Positions 53,547 to 62,426 of a stretch of 64,000 nucleotides of DNA are shown here, piece by piece. The position numbers were made by a program, and so were the translations under genes. Under the pieces are notes generated by a model. It saw only the letters and a list, made by a program, of their open reading frames with translations. It made no database searches and was not told the DNA's origin. Source of the DNA: Clostridia bacterium (GTDB lineage Bacteria; Bacillota; Clostridia; Christensenellales; QALW01); the NCBI GenBank assembly GCA_900769815.1, contig CAAGID010000030.1:2993-66992 (forward strand), read 5' to 3'. The stretch's first letter is position 1. Each line of letters opens with the position of its first letter.

Positions 53547-54740
53547 ATGTTTAAGGCATTTATAAAACTTTTTATAAAGGACTATGATGACGTAGGTAAT
53601 TCTCTTGTACGCCAGAAATACGGTTTGCTTTCAGGTGCTTTGGGTATAATCTGTAATCTTATACTTTTTATTATTAAAATATCCGTTGGCTTTATCCTCG
53701 GCAGTGTTGCGGTAATTTCCGATGCCTTTAATAACTTTTCAGATATGGGTTCAACGGTAATTTCAGTTATCGGTATAAAATTAAGCAACAGAAAGCCTGA
53801 CCGCGACCACCCCTTCGGTCACGGAAGATTCGAGTATATTTCGGCTCTTATAGTGGCATTTATCATTATGCTTGTTGGCTTTGAGCTTTTTAAATCCTCC
53901 TTTACAAAAATCCTTAACCCTGAAGAAGCACAGGATATTAATTGGCTTTTAATAGGAATTCTTGCAATTTCAGTACCCGTAAAACTCTTTATGTTTGGCA
54001 TAAACAAGTTTTTGGGAAAATCAATTTCCTCGCCTACTCTCATTGCAACGGCTCTTGACAGCCGTAATGATGCAGTCGCAACAGGTGCGGTAATTATTTC
54101 AACGATAATTGACGGACTTCATATCCTGCCCTTTGTTATTGACGGCTACGTCGGTGCACTTGTTTCACTTTTAATTATTTATGCAGGCTTCTCTGTTGCA
54201 AAGGACACCGTTGGCATATTATTAGGCAAGGCCCCCGAAAAGGAGACAGTTGATGAAATTACCTCTATGCTTCTTGAAACACCTGAAATTTTAGATATTC
54301 ACGACCTTATTATTCACGATTACGGACCGGGAAGAATCTTTGCTTCGGTTCACGCTGAAGTGGAAAGCACCTCTGACGTAATTACCGTTCACGAAGCCAT
54401 TGATTTAACTGAGAAAAATATTTTCCTGAAAACCGGCTGTGAAATAACCATACATATGGACCCTATCTGTTCAGATGACCCTATTCTTAATAACATTAAA
54501 ACCGTCGTGTATGATATTTTTAAGGAAGAAAACTGTGTTTACACCATTCACGATTTAAGAATGACAAAGGGTGAAGACAATATGAATATTATTTTCGATA
54601 TGGTTGTGCCCTTCGATGAAAAAACAGATACAACAAAGCACATTATACAAAGAATTAAGGAAGCAATTTTAAAAACAGACTGCCGTTTTTCAACGGTAAT
54701 TCAAATAGACAGAGATTTTGTACAAACGCTTGACAAATAA
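53547..54740 (+). CDS. cation diffusion facilitator family transporter
   Basis: 397 aa. Six TM helices with SDAFNNFSD and a second metal-site helix. C-terminal cytoplasmic domain (IHDLIIHDYGPG). Confidence 0.88.
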   Translation: MFKAFIKLFIKDYDDVGNSLVRQKYGLLSGALGIICNLILFIIKISVGFILGSVAVISDAFNNFSDMGSTVISVIGIKLSNRKPDRDHPFGHGRFEYISALIVAFIIMLVGFELFKSSFTKILNPEEAQDINWLLIGILAISVPVKLFMFGINKFLGKSISSPTLIATALDSRNDAVATGAVIISTIIDGLHILPFVIDGYVGALVSLLIIYAGFSVAKDTVGILLGKAPEKETVDEITSMLLETPEILDIHDLIIHDYGPGRIFASVHAEVESTSDVITVHEAIDLTEKNIFLKTGCEITIHMDPICSDDPILNNIKTVVYDIFKEENCVYTIHDLRMTKGEDNMNIIFDMVVPFDEKTDTTKHIIQRIKEAILKTDCRFSTVIQIDRDFVQTLDK

Positions 54741-54757
54741 AATATTTTTGTTAAAAT
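54730..54757 (+). promoter_or_regulatory. sigma-A-type promoter (extended -10) of the CNNM-gene leader
   Basis: TTGACA (54730-54735), 16-nt spacer, TGtTAAAAT (54749-54757). The -35 overlaps the last codons of the CDF gene. Confidence 0.5.
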
Positions 54758-54791
54758 ATATCTGAAATTAATATTTAAGGAGTTCTTTATT

Positions 54792-54875
54792 ATGGATAGC
54801 GACAGTAGCGACGAAGATAACTACTGTAAGTTTTATAAAAAATTTAGCACATCTAAACCAATAGAATTGGTGTAG
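54792..54875 (+). other. candidate leader peptide ORF (27 aa)
   Basis: AAGGAG lies 9 nt before the ATG. MDSDSSDEDNYCKFYKKFSTSKPIELV. The last 10 codons lie inside the terminator hairpin 54846-54886. Confidence 0.3.
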
Positions 54876-54886
54876 GTGTGCTTTTT
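54846..54886 (+). terminator. intrinsic terminator / attenuator in the 5' leader of the CNNM-type gene
   Basis: AGCACATCT-aaa-CCAAT-aga-ATTGG-tgt-AGGTGTGCT followed by TTTTT. It ends 20 nt before the ATG at 54907. A separate upstream hairpin is ACAGTAG (54802-54808) / CTACTGT (54821-54827). Confidence 0.6.
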
Positions 54887-54906
54887 ACATTTTTAAGGAG
54901 AGAAAA

Positions 54907-56160
54907 ATGACTACACAAATTATTCTGATGATAGTATGTATTATATTTTCAGCATACTTCTCAGCAACGGAAACTGCTTTTTCATCACTAAATAAGACAA
55001 GGCTGAAAACTATGGCAGAAAAAGGAAATAAAAAGGCTGAGCTTGCCTGCAGATTATCGGATAATTACGATAAGCTTATTTCCACAATCTTAATCGGCAA
55101 TAACATAGTTAACATTGCCGTTGCTTCTATCGGCACTGTTTTATTTGTTAAAATTTTAAATAATCAGGATTTAGGTGCAACTGTTTCAACTATTGTTGTT
55201 ACTGTAGCCGTTCTTATTTTCGGCGAAATCACGCCTAAGAGCATCGCGAAAGATTTCCCTGAAAAGTTTGCTATGTTCTCTTCCCCCTTTATCCGTTTGC
55301 TTATATGGATTTTAACACCTATATGTGCAATTTTCTCAGGCTGGAAAAAGCTTGTTTCAAAGCTCTTTAAAGCAGACGAAGAAGATATAATGTCACAGGA
55401 AGAGCTTTTAATGATAGTTGACGAGGCTGAGCAGGAAGGCGGTATTGATACCGATGAAGGCGATCTTTTAAGAAACGCCATCGAGTTTACCGAAATCCGT
55501 GCTGAAGATATTTTAACACACCGTGTTGACCTTGAGGCAATTCCTATGGATGCACCTAAAGAGGAAATTGCTCAAAAATTTTCAGACACCCGTTTTTCAA
55601 GATTGCTTGTTTATAACGAAAACATCGACGATATCGTGGGCGTTATTCACTTAAAGGATTTTTATAAGGATAACGGCATCTTAAAGGACGATATTAAGAC
55701 CATTATGTCGCCGCCCCTATTTATACACAAGTTTGAAAAAATTGATGACCTTCTTAAGCAATTACAGCAAGCAAAATCACATATCGCTGTTGTCGTTGAT
55801 GAATACGGCGGAACCTTAGGTATCGTTACAATGGAGGACATTTTAGAGGAGCTTGTAGGCGATATATGGGATGAGCACGACGAAGTTATCGAGCAGTTTA
55901 ATTTAGTTGGCGAAAATACGTATCTTGTTGACTGTTCAACCAATTTTGAGGAATTCTGCGAGTTCTTTGAGCTTGAGCCCGAGGAAACGGAAAGCATCTC
56001 CTTAGGCGGTTGGATTATGGAGCAGTTAGAAAGAATTCCCTCCGTAAACGATAAATTCTCCTACCAGCATCTTGATTTTATTATTGAGGAATCTGACTCC
56101 CGCCGAGTTATTTCCACTAAAGTTATTAAGAACGAAAAAATTGAAAAAAATGAGGACTAA
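54907..56160 (+). CDS. CNNM/CorC-type hemolysin-family protein (DUF21, CBS pair, CorC_HlyC)
   Basis: 417 aa. Four N-terminal TM helices, a CBS pair and C-terminal CorC_HlyC (…[18 protein letters not shown]…). RBS is AAGGAGAG. Confidence 0.88.
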   Translation: MTTQIILMIVCIIFSAYFSATETAFSSLNKTRLKTMAEKGNKKAELACRLSDNYDKLISTILIGNNIVNIAVASIGTVLFVKILNNQDLGATVSTIVVTVAVLIFGEITPKSIAKDFPEKFAMFSSPFIRLLIWILTPICAIFSGWKKLVSKLFKADEEDIMSQEELLMIVDEAEQEGGIDTDEGDLLRNAIEFTEIRAEDILTHRVDLEAIPMDAPKEEIAQKFSDTRFSRLLVYNENIDDIVGVIHLKDFYKDNGILKDDIKTIMSPPLFIHKFEKIDDLLKQLQQAKSHIAVVVDEYGGTLGIVTMEDILEELVGDIWDEHDEVIEQFNLVGENTYLVDCSTNFEEFCEFFELEPEETESISLGGWIMEQLERIPSVNDKFSYQHLDFIIEESDSRRVISTKVIKNEKIEKNED

Positions 56161-56166
56161 AAAAAC

Positions 56167-56398
56167 GGCAGATTAAAAAATCTGCCACAGTCTGCTGACT
56201 TTGTCAGCAGACTGCCAGAGTTCGAGAAACCCTTGCAAGTCAAGGCGCAGAACTTGTAAAAGAGGGAGTTTACACAGACGTAAATGACTGAATTTTGCAA
56301 GTGAATGCAACGAAGAAAATATACCCCTGCAAAATTTTTGCAGGGGTATATGTTTGTAAGGGTTTGTCAGTGCTCTGCGGCAGATTGAAAAATCTGCC
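56167..56398. repeat. duplicated terminator hairpin flanking an insert of about 190 bp with inverted-repeat ends (MITE-like, or a structured RNA)
   Basis: GGCAGAT-N6-ATCTGCC occurs at 56167-56186 and again at 56379-56398. 56180-56199 matches the reverse complement of 56366-56385 at 15 of 20 positions. AAACCCTTGCAA (56227-56238) pairs with TTGTAAGGGTTT (56354-56365). Internal perfect palindromes lie at 56188-56214 and 56321-56349. Confidence 0.6.
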
Positions 56399-56408
56399 AT
56401 TTTTAATA

Positions 56409-57383
56409 TTAAACCTCTAAAACTACCTTGCCGACGTTTTCACCCTTATATAAAATATCATGGGCGGCTTCAGCTTCTTTAATGGGAAGAACCTTATAAA
56501 CAGTGGGTTTGACTGATCCGTCTTCGACCTTGGGGAATACTTCCTTAACAAGGCTTTGAAGAATCTGTGCCTTCATTTCAGGTGTACGTGAGCGAAGTGT
56601 TGAGCCCACAATGCGAATATTCTTTTTATAAATATTTTTAAGATCAATGTTGGTGTTTGCACCTGCAAGTGCCGCAATAACTATCCAGCGGCAACCGTAT
56701 TTAACGTAAGGAAGACAATCGCCAAGATTCTGTCCGCCAAGACAGTCAATAGCGATATCAACTGCCCTGCCTGCTTCTTCCTCCTTCTTCAAAACTTCGG
56801 GGAGGCTTTCCTTTCTGGTATCAACAATAAGATCAGCACCTAAATGCTTAATATTTTCAGGGTCAGAAATTACAGTTGTAATAACGCGTAAGCCAAAGGA
56901 TTTTGCCAATGGTATAATTACACTTGCAAGACCTGAAGCACCTGCCTGCATTAAAAGTGTATCTCCTGCCTTCGCTTTACCTTCAATAAATAATTTAAGA
57001 TATGCCGTTGCATAGGCTTCGGGAATTGCTGCCGCCTCAGCCATCGTGCAATTTTCAGGAACGGGCATACACATACCATACTCAACTGCAACATACTCAG
57101 CATAACCGCCGCCGCCAAGCAATGCACATACCTTATCGCCTATCTTATAGTTTGATTTTGCTTTTGCACTTTCGCTCATTTCAACAATTTCACCTGAAAC
57201 CTCAAGCCCCATCCATTCAGGGCAACCCTCAGGCGGCGGATAATCGCCTTCACGCTGCATAAGATCAGCACGGTTAAGTGCAGCATATTCAACTTTTAAA
57301 AGAACCTCGTTTTCCTTTAATATGGGGTCAGGCACGTTATCCCATCTTAAACTTTTATCATCGTTTACAAGTATTGCTTTCAT
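56409..57383 (-). CDS. qor: NAD(P)H:quinone oxidoreductase (zinc-type ADH superfamily)
   Basis: 324 aa. LNRADLMQREGDYPPP and the GASGLASV Rossmann motif. Confidence 0.85.
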   Translation of the reverse strand: MKAILVNDDKSLRWDNVPDPILKENEVLLKVEYAALNRADLMQREGDYPPPEGCPEWMGLEVSGEIVEMSESAKAKSNYKIGDKVCALLGGGGYAEYVAVEYGMCMPVPENCTMAEAAAIPEAYATAYLKLFIEGKAKAGDTLLMQAGASGLASVIIPLAKSFGLRVITTVISDPENIKHLGADLIVDTRKESLPEVLKKEEEAGRAVDIAIDCLGGQNLGDCLPYVKYGCRWIVIAALAGANTNIDLKNIYKKNIRIVGSTLRSRTPEMKAQILQSLVKEVFPKVEDGSVKPTVYKVLPIKEAEAAHDILYKGENVGKVVLEV

Positions 57384-57500
57384 AAAAAATCCTCTCTTTA
57401 ATCTTAATATACATTTTTATTTTATCATCTTGCCAAATTCTTTTCAATATGTTATACTGTAAAAAAAGTAACTATTCTGCAATTTTGGAGTTTTAAGCCT

Positions 57501-58256
57501 ATGAAAAACAAAATTTTTGTGTCAGAGCTTTCTTTTGAGAAGCATTGCTTCAGTAATTATCATTTCTGTAGAGGTAATAACAGCAAGCGTAAATCAAGGC
57601 TTGGTATTATCTTACAGGGTTCAGGCACTTATTTATATTTAAACAAGAAGCTTAAAGTATCAGAAGGCGACGTCGTATTTATTCCCGAAAATATTTTCTG
57701 CTATTCCAAGTGGCAGGGCAATCCTGAAATTGAGGTTTTATACATTAGCTGTTTTATACATTATGAGGGCTTCCAATATGAGCCCCAGATAATAAATTGC
57801 GACGCAGATACAAAAAATAATCTGATTAAAATAGCTGAACTTTTAAATTCTGATTATCTCGATGAACTTGAGGCTTATTCCCTGTTTTATAGCGTGCTTA
57901 AAAATATTCTTCCCAATATGGAGCAGTCAAAATTTGCCTTTGATAAGACGTTGCAGATAGCCATTGAATATTTAACTGAAAATTGGGATAAAGACTTTGC
58001 TGTAAGCCATCTTGCAAAAAGATGTTTGGTAAGCGAATCATCAATATATCATTTGTTTCAGCGTGAAATGGGTCAGACTCCCGTAAGCTTTCTTAACTCC
58101 ATAAGAATAAACAAAGCCATTGAGTTTTTGGAAAACACAAACTATTCCGTTTCTGCAATAAGCAGTATGGCAGGCTTCAATTCAGAAAATCATTTTAGAA
58201 AAGTTTTTGCTGATTTTACAGGCACAACACCATTAAAATTCAGAAAAAAGACATAA
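57501..58256 (+). CDS. AraC-family transcriptional regulator (cupin N-domain plus HTH)
   Basis: 251 aa. The C-terminal double HTH is …SHLAKRCLVSESSIYHLFQREMGQTPVSFLNSIRINKAIEFL…SMAGFNSENHFRKVF. Confidence 0.88.
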   Translation: MKNKIFVSELSFEKHCFSNYHFCRGNNSKRKSRLGIILQGSGTYLYLNKKLKVSEGDVVFIPENIFCYSKWQGNPEIEVLYISCFIHYEGFQYEPQIINCDADTKNNLIKIAELLNSDYLDELEAYSLFYSVLKNILPNMEQSKFAFDKTLQIAIEYLTENWDKDFAVSHLAKRCLVSESSIYHLFQREMGQTPVSFLNSIRINKAIEFLENTNYSVSAISSMAGFNSENHFRKVFADFTGTTPLKFRKKT

Positions 58257-58258
58257 AA

Positions 58259-58280
58259 AAACGGCGATTTCTCGCCGTTT
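58259..58280. terminator. bidirectional intrinsic terminator
   Basis: AAACGGCGA-tttc-TCGCCGTTT with an A-run before it, located between convergent genes. Confidence 0.65.
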
Positions 58281-58283
58281 CTA

Positions 58284-59798
58284 TTATTTTATAAAATCCT
58301 TTAACTTTTCGCTGTCAAGGCTGTCAAAGTTTTTAAGTATGGGATAAAGCTTTTTAACAATAGCTTTTACACCGCCTTCAATATTGCTTTCAATATTAAG
58401 GGGCATAAGAGGCTCGTGAAGTGACATTCTCAGTAAGAACCAGCCATCCTCATCGTTAAATGATACGCGGATACCCTCATAGTTATCAGGTGCAACGTCC
58501 CAGCCGTCAGTTGCCAAAGCGTAGTCGTTTACTGCTTTGATTACCTTTTCGCCGTAAGGCTTAAAATCGTCAAGGGCAATATTCATTCTGAATTCTTTGC
58601 TCTCTTTGGGCTCTTCAAGACCAATCAAGAGATCTTCAAGCTTTTTATTCTCTTTCTTTAACTGTGCCATCTTAATTATAAGCTTTGTAACAAGATATGC
58701 ACCGTCATCAAGGAAATAGTTTTCCTTTAATGCGGCGTGACCGCTTGTTTCAATGGCTAAAGGACAGTACTTACCTTCCTTATTAAGGCGTATTGCCTCA
58801 TTAATAACGTTCTTATAACCGCGTTTAAAGCGATGATGCATACCACCGTGATTTTCAATAAACTTCTTAAGTCCACTTGAAGTAATTGAGTCGGTTACGA
58901 TAACAGAGGGAGTTTTTTCCTCTAATAAAATTGCAGAGATAAGAGCAATAAGGCGGTTACGGTTGATTTCCTTACCAAGAGAATCAACTGCACCTGCACG
59001 GTCAACGTCAGTATCAAAAATAATACCCATATCGGCTTTGGCATTTATAACCGCACGTGTTACAAAGCCCATAGCCTCTTCATTTTCAGGGTTAGGTATA
59101 TGGTTAGGAAAAGTTCCGTCAGGCTCTAAGAACTGGCTGCCTGTAGTATCTGCACCTAAAGGCTCAAGAACCTTAGTTACGTAGAAGCCGCCTGCACCGT
59201 TACCTGCATCAACAACGATTTTAAAGCCTTTTAAGGGCTTTTCAAAATCAGTTTCAGAATTAACTGCATTACGAACCTTATTTACTAAAATATCGGCGTA
59301 CTGGCTTAAGAAGTCATACTCGATTACAGAACCTTCTTTTAAAGGAAGCTTGTTGCCGTTCTGTGCATTTAAAAGAATTGCCTCAATGTCACTGCTTTCG
59401 CATCCGCCTGCTTTTGTAAAGAACTTTAAGCCATTGCGGTCATAGGGCAAGTGGCTTGCAGTAATCTGAATTGAACCGTCGCAATCAAGTTCGGGCACAA
59501 TATTTGTCATAAACATTGCAGGGGTTGACATAAGTCCGCAATTATAAACAGTTAAACCTGCATTTTTCAATTCAGTAATAACTGCAGTTTTGATTCTGTC
59601 AGCAGAAATTCTTGAATCGTGACCTACTGCTACCTTAATATCATCCTTGTTTGTTTTTTCCTTTAACCAATAAGCGAAGCCTGCTGCTATTGCTTTTACC
59701 TTTTCGTCAGTAAGGTTAATTTTGCCGTTTTCACTTTCAACAGCGATACCTCTTATATCAGAGCCGTTTTTTAAATTTTTCCATTCTTTTTCTAACAT
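58284..59798 (-). CDS. phosphohexomutase (phosphoglucomutase/phosphomannomutase family)
   Basis: 504 aa. Active-site loop ITASHLPYDRNG, metal loop FDTDVDRAG and sugar loop ETSGH. Confidence 0.88.
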   Translation of the reverse strand: MLEKEWKNLKNGSDIRGIAVESENGKINLTDEKVKAIAAGFAYWLKEKTNKDDIKVAVGHDSRISADRIKTAVITELKNAGLTVYNCGLMSTPAMFMTNIVPELDCDGSIQITASHLPYDRNGLKFFTKAGGCESSDIEAILLNAQNGNKLPLKEGSVIEYDFLSQYADILVNKVRNAVNSETDFEKPLKGFKIVVDAGNGAGGFYVTKVLEPLGADTTGSQFLEPDGTFPNHIPNPENEEAMGFVTRAVINAKADMGIIFDTDVDRAGAVDSLGKEINRNRLIALISAILLEEKTPSVIVTDSITSSGLKKFIENHGGMHHRFKRGYKNVINEAIRLNKEGKYCPLAIETSGHAALKENYFLDDGAYLVTKLIIKMAQLKKENKKLEDLLIGLEEPKESKEFRMNIALDDFKPYGEKVIKAVNDYALATDGWDVAPDNYEGIRVSFNDEDGWFLLRMSLHEPLMPLNIESNIEGGVKAIVKKLYPILKNFDSLDSEKLKDFIK

Positions 59799-59938
59799 AA
59801 CTTATCCACCATTTAAAAAATTTTCTTTATTAATTATATTGGAATTTCGGGCTTTTGTCAATAAAAAGGTTAGTTTTGTTTGTGTTTTTCCCGCTTTTAT
59901 GTTAATATATATGATACTGTTTACAAAAGGAGTTTTTT

Positions 59939-60961
59939 ATGAATAAAATCAGGCAAAACGTGTTACCCATACTTGCGGCCATAATATGGGGCCTTGCCTT
60001 TTCTGCTCAGGCTGACTGTGCCGAAAAAGGTATGGAGCCTTTTACCTTTAATATGTCACGTGCTCTAATTGCGACTGTAGTATTATTTTTCGTGGCAGTT
60101 ATTTTCTCAAGAGGTTTTACTAATCTTTTTGCGCAGTTAAAGGATAAAACCTATCTTAAAAATCTTATATTGGGCGGACTCTGTTGCGGTGGTGCGTTAT
60201 TTTTAGCCTCCAACTTACAGCAGGCAGCATTTTCAACAGATACTGAAAGCGGAAAAGTTGGCTTCATAACGGTTTTTTATCTTATGCTCGTACCAATCTT
60301 TGGGTTGTTTGTTAAAAAAAAGGCTACGATAAACGTATGGGTAAGCGTCATTATCGCTATGATCGGTATGTACTTTCTGTGCGTTGAAAACGAAACGTCC
60401 TTTAACGTAAATATTCACGATGTGTACGCATTCTTGTGTGCGATTATGTTTGCCGTGCAGATTCTTTTTATTGACCACTTTGTGAATAAGGTTAACGGCG
60501 TACACCTTTCATTTATGCAGTTCTTTTTCGTTACTGTGTTTTCTTTTATTGGAATGTTGCTCTTTGAAAGCCCTACCCTACCGTCCTTCAAAGAATGCTT
60601 CTGGCAAATAACCTACGTTGGTGTATTTTCTTCAGGCGTTGCATATACCTTGCAAATTATCGCACAAAAGGATTCAAACCCTACTGTAGTTTCCCTTTTA
60701 TTGAGCCTTGAATCAGTCTTTGCAGTAATATTCGGTGCAATTATCTTAAAAGAAGTTATGTCCTTACGCGAATATATCGGTTGCGGAATTATGTTTTTTG
60801 CAGTAGTGCTTGCCCAACTGCCCACGTTTAAAATCAAAAATAAATTATCTCTTATTTTAATTATACTTTCAATAGTTTTAATTGCACTTGTATGTGTGCA
60901 TTGGGCATTTTTGCTTGCAGGAATCTTCCTTTTTATTTCTGCAATATTATTTAGAAAATAA
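59939..60961 (+). CDS. DMT-superfamily (EamA) transporter with an extra C-terminal hydrophobic tail
   Basis: 340 aa. Ten EamA-type TM helices plus a further hydrophobic segment (LSLILIILSIVLIALVCVHWAFLLAGIFLFI). Confidence 0.8.
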   Translation: MNKIRQNVLPILAAIIWGLAFSAQADCAEKGMEPFTFNMSRALIATVVLFFVAVIFSRGFTNLFAQLKDKTYLKNLILGGLCCGGALFLASNLQQAAFSTDTESGKVGFITVFYLMLVPIFGLFVKKKATINVWVSVIIAMIGMYFLCVENETSFNVNIHDVYAFLCAIMFAVQILFIDHFVNKVNGVHLSFMQFFFVTVFSFIGMLLFESPTLPSFKECFWQITYVGVFSSGVAYTLQIIAQKDSNPTVVSLLLSLESVFAVIFGAIILKEVMSLREYIGCGIMFFAVVLAQLPTFKIKNKLSLILIILSIVLIALVCVHWAFLLAGIFLFISAILFRK

Positions 60962-60965
60962 AAAA

Positions 60966-60998
60966 TACCGTGTAGATCAAACTGCACGGTACTTTTTT
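60966..60998. terminator. bidirectional intrinsic terminator
   Basis: TACCGTG(tag)-atcaaa-(ctg)CACGGTA with AAAAA before and TTTTTT after. The T-run overlaps the trxA stop. Confidence 0.65.
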
Positions 60999-61311
60999 AC
61001 TCATTAATGATTGCTTCCAACTGTTGCTTAGTTCTGTAGCCGATAATTGTTTTCTTTACCTCGCCGTCCTTAAAAAGAATCATACAAGGAATACTGCTGA
61101 CAGAAAATCTTTCAGCAAGATGATTATTTTCATCAACGTTTACTTTGGCTACCAGCACGTCATCACGGCTTGCTGCAAGGGCTTCCAATTCAGGCTGAAC
61201 CATTTTGCAGGGACCGCACCACTCCGCATAAAAATCAACTAATACGGGAGTCTTTGAGGCCTCAACTTCCTGACGGAACGTACTTTCCGTCACATGTTTA
61301 ATTTCTGCCAT
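60997..61311 (-). CDS. trxA: thioredoxin
   Basis: ORF 60997-61320. The ATG at 61311 follows AGGTGGAG. WCGPC active site. Confidence 0.93.
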   Translation of the reverse strand: MAEIKHVTESTFRQEVEASKTPVLVDFYAEWCGPCKMVQPELEALAASRDDVLVAKVNVDENNHLAERFSVSSIPCMILFKDGEVKKTIIGYRTKQQLEAIINE

Positions 61312-61530
61312 AATCTCCACCTATAAATTACGCCTTTCGGCTTTACTTCATTTAAATTATCATATAAAAACGTATTTATGTCAAACGAAAATAACCGAGT
61401 ATATATTAAATTTACAAATTATCCATTTTTATATAGAAAATTTTGTATTTCAAATAAAAAAAATAATTGATAATATAAAAAAAATGTGATATACTTTATC
61501 CATAAAATTAAAATTGCGGAGGTTTTTTCT

Positions 61531-62232
61531 ATGAAACAAGTATATGTTGGTAAAACTAAAGACGTTTACGCTCTTGATAACGGCAACGTTCTTTTAAAAT
61601 TCAAGGATGACTGCACCGGCAAAGACGGCGTTTTTGATCCCGGCGAGAACAGCGTAGGTCTTACTATTGAGGGTATCGGCAAGGCTAATCTTCAGACCTC
61701 TGTTTATTATTTTGAAATGCTCAAAAATGCAGGAATTAAAACACACTACATAAGCGCTGATATTGATAACGCAACTATGGAAGTTCTTCCTGCTGAAAAC
61801 TTTGGTAAGGCTCAGGGCGGTAACGGTCTTGAAGTTATCTGTCGTCTTGTTGCAACAGGCAGTTTTGTAAGAAGATACGGCGAATATATTAAGGACGGCA
61901 CAGCTTTAGAGGGTGGCTACGTTGAATGTACCTTTAAAAATGATGCAAAGGGCGACCCCTTAGTTACAGGCGAAGGTCTTGCGGCACTTAAGGTTATGAC
62001 TCCTGAAATGTTTGAAAGCATGAAAGAACAGACCTTAAAGATTACAAAAATCGTTGCTGACGACCTTAAAACCATCGGCCTTGACCTTTGGGATATTAAG
62101 TTTGAGTTTGGCTACACCAAGGATGGCGAGGTTGTTCTTATCGACGAAATCGCATCAGGCAATATGCGTGTTTATAAGGGCGACAAAATCGTTGAACCCG
62201 TTGAACTTACAAAGCTTATTTTAAACAGATAA
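61531..62232 (+). CDS. purC: phosphoribosylaminoimidazole-succinocarboxamide synthase
   Basis: ORF 61486-62232. The ATG at 61531 follows [18 protein letters not shown]...LIDEI... is short-type SAICAR synthetase. Confidence 0.9.
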   Translation: MKQVYVGKTKDVYALDNGNVLLKFKDDCTGKDGVFDPGENSVGLTIEGIGKANLQTSVYYFEMLKNAGIKTHYISADIDNATMEVLPAENFGKAQGGNGLEVICRLVATGSFVRRYGEYIKDGTALEGGYVECTFKNDAKGDPLVTGEGLAALKVMTPEMFESMKEQTLKITKIVADDLKTIGLDLWDIKFEFGYTKDGEVVLIDEIASGNMRVYKGDKIVEPVELTKLILNR

Positions 62233-62244
62233 TTACATAAAATT

Positions 62245-62275
62245 AAAGGTGCGAAAAATTCGCACCTTTTGTTGT
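62245..62275 (+). terminator. intrinsic terminator of purC
   Basis: GGTGCGAA-aaa-TTCGCACC (62248-62266), flanked by AAA and TTTTGTTG. Confidence 0.75.
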
Positions 62276-62426
62276 TTAGTTTAAATCTGGCTCAAAATCC
62301 GCAAAGTGAGTTGGAAATACTTTTATCAAAAACAAAATACCATACTTAATGGTTTTCTGTTATTTTTGCCATAAAAATACCTCCGTTTTTCCATCGGTTA
62401 CTATTTTTGATGTAACTTTCTTAAAA

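Noticed and set aside
54795-54830. Resemblance of CAGTAGCGACG in the CNNM leader to the yybP-ykoY (Mn2+) riboswitch GAGUAGCGUCG segment
   Set aside because: Only one short segment matches. I could not find the second conserved half (UUGACAUA… / …AGAGACC) or the four-helix architecture. The leader is also shorter than the riboswitch.
56173-56400. Track ORF 56173-56400 (75 aa, minus strand)
   Set aside because: It lies entirely inside the hairpin-rich convergent intergenic insert and starts within a terminator hairpin. It has no RBS, and its Cys/Leu/Arg-rich composition is typical of translated palindromes.
61321-61530. Purine riboswitch upstream of purC
   Set aside because: The region is AT-rich with a TTGATA-17-TATACT promoter. 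I could not find the conserved three-way junction motifs of the purine riboswitch or a terminator.
62300-62400. Mini-ORF after a strong GGAGG RBS on the minus strand (MAKITENH*), which might continue in another frame (KYGILFLIKVFPTHFADFEPDLN*)
   Set aside because: There are only 8 codons before the stop. The frameshifted continuation is short and unrecognisable. It may be a gene remnant, but there is no support from sequence alone.
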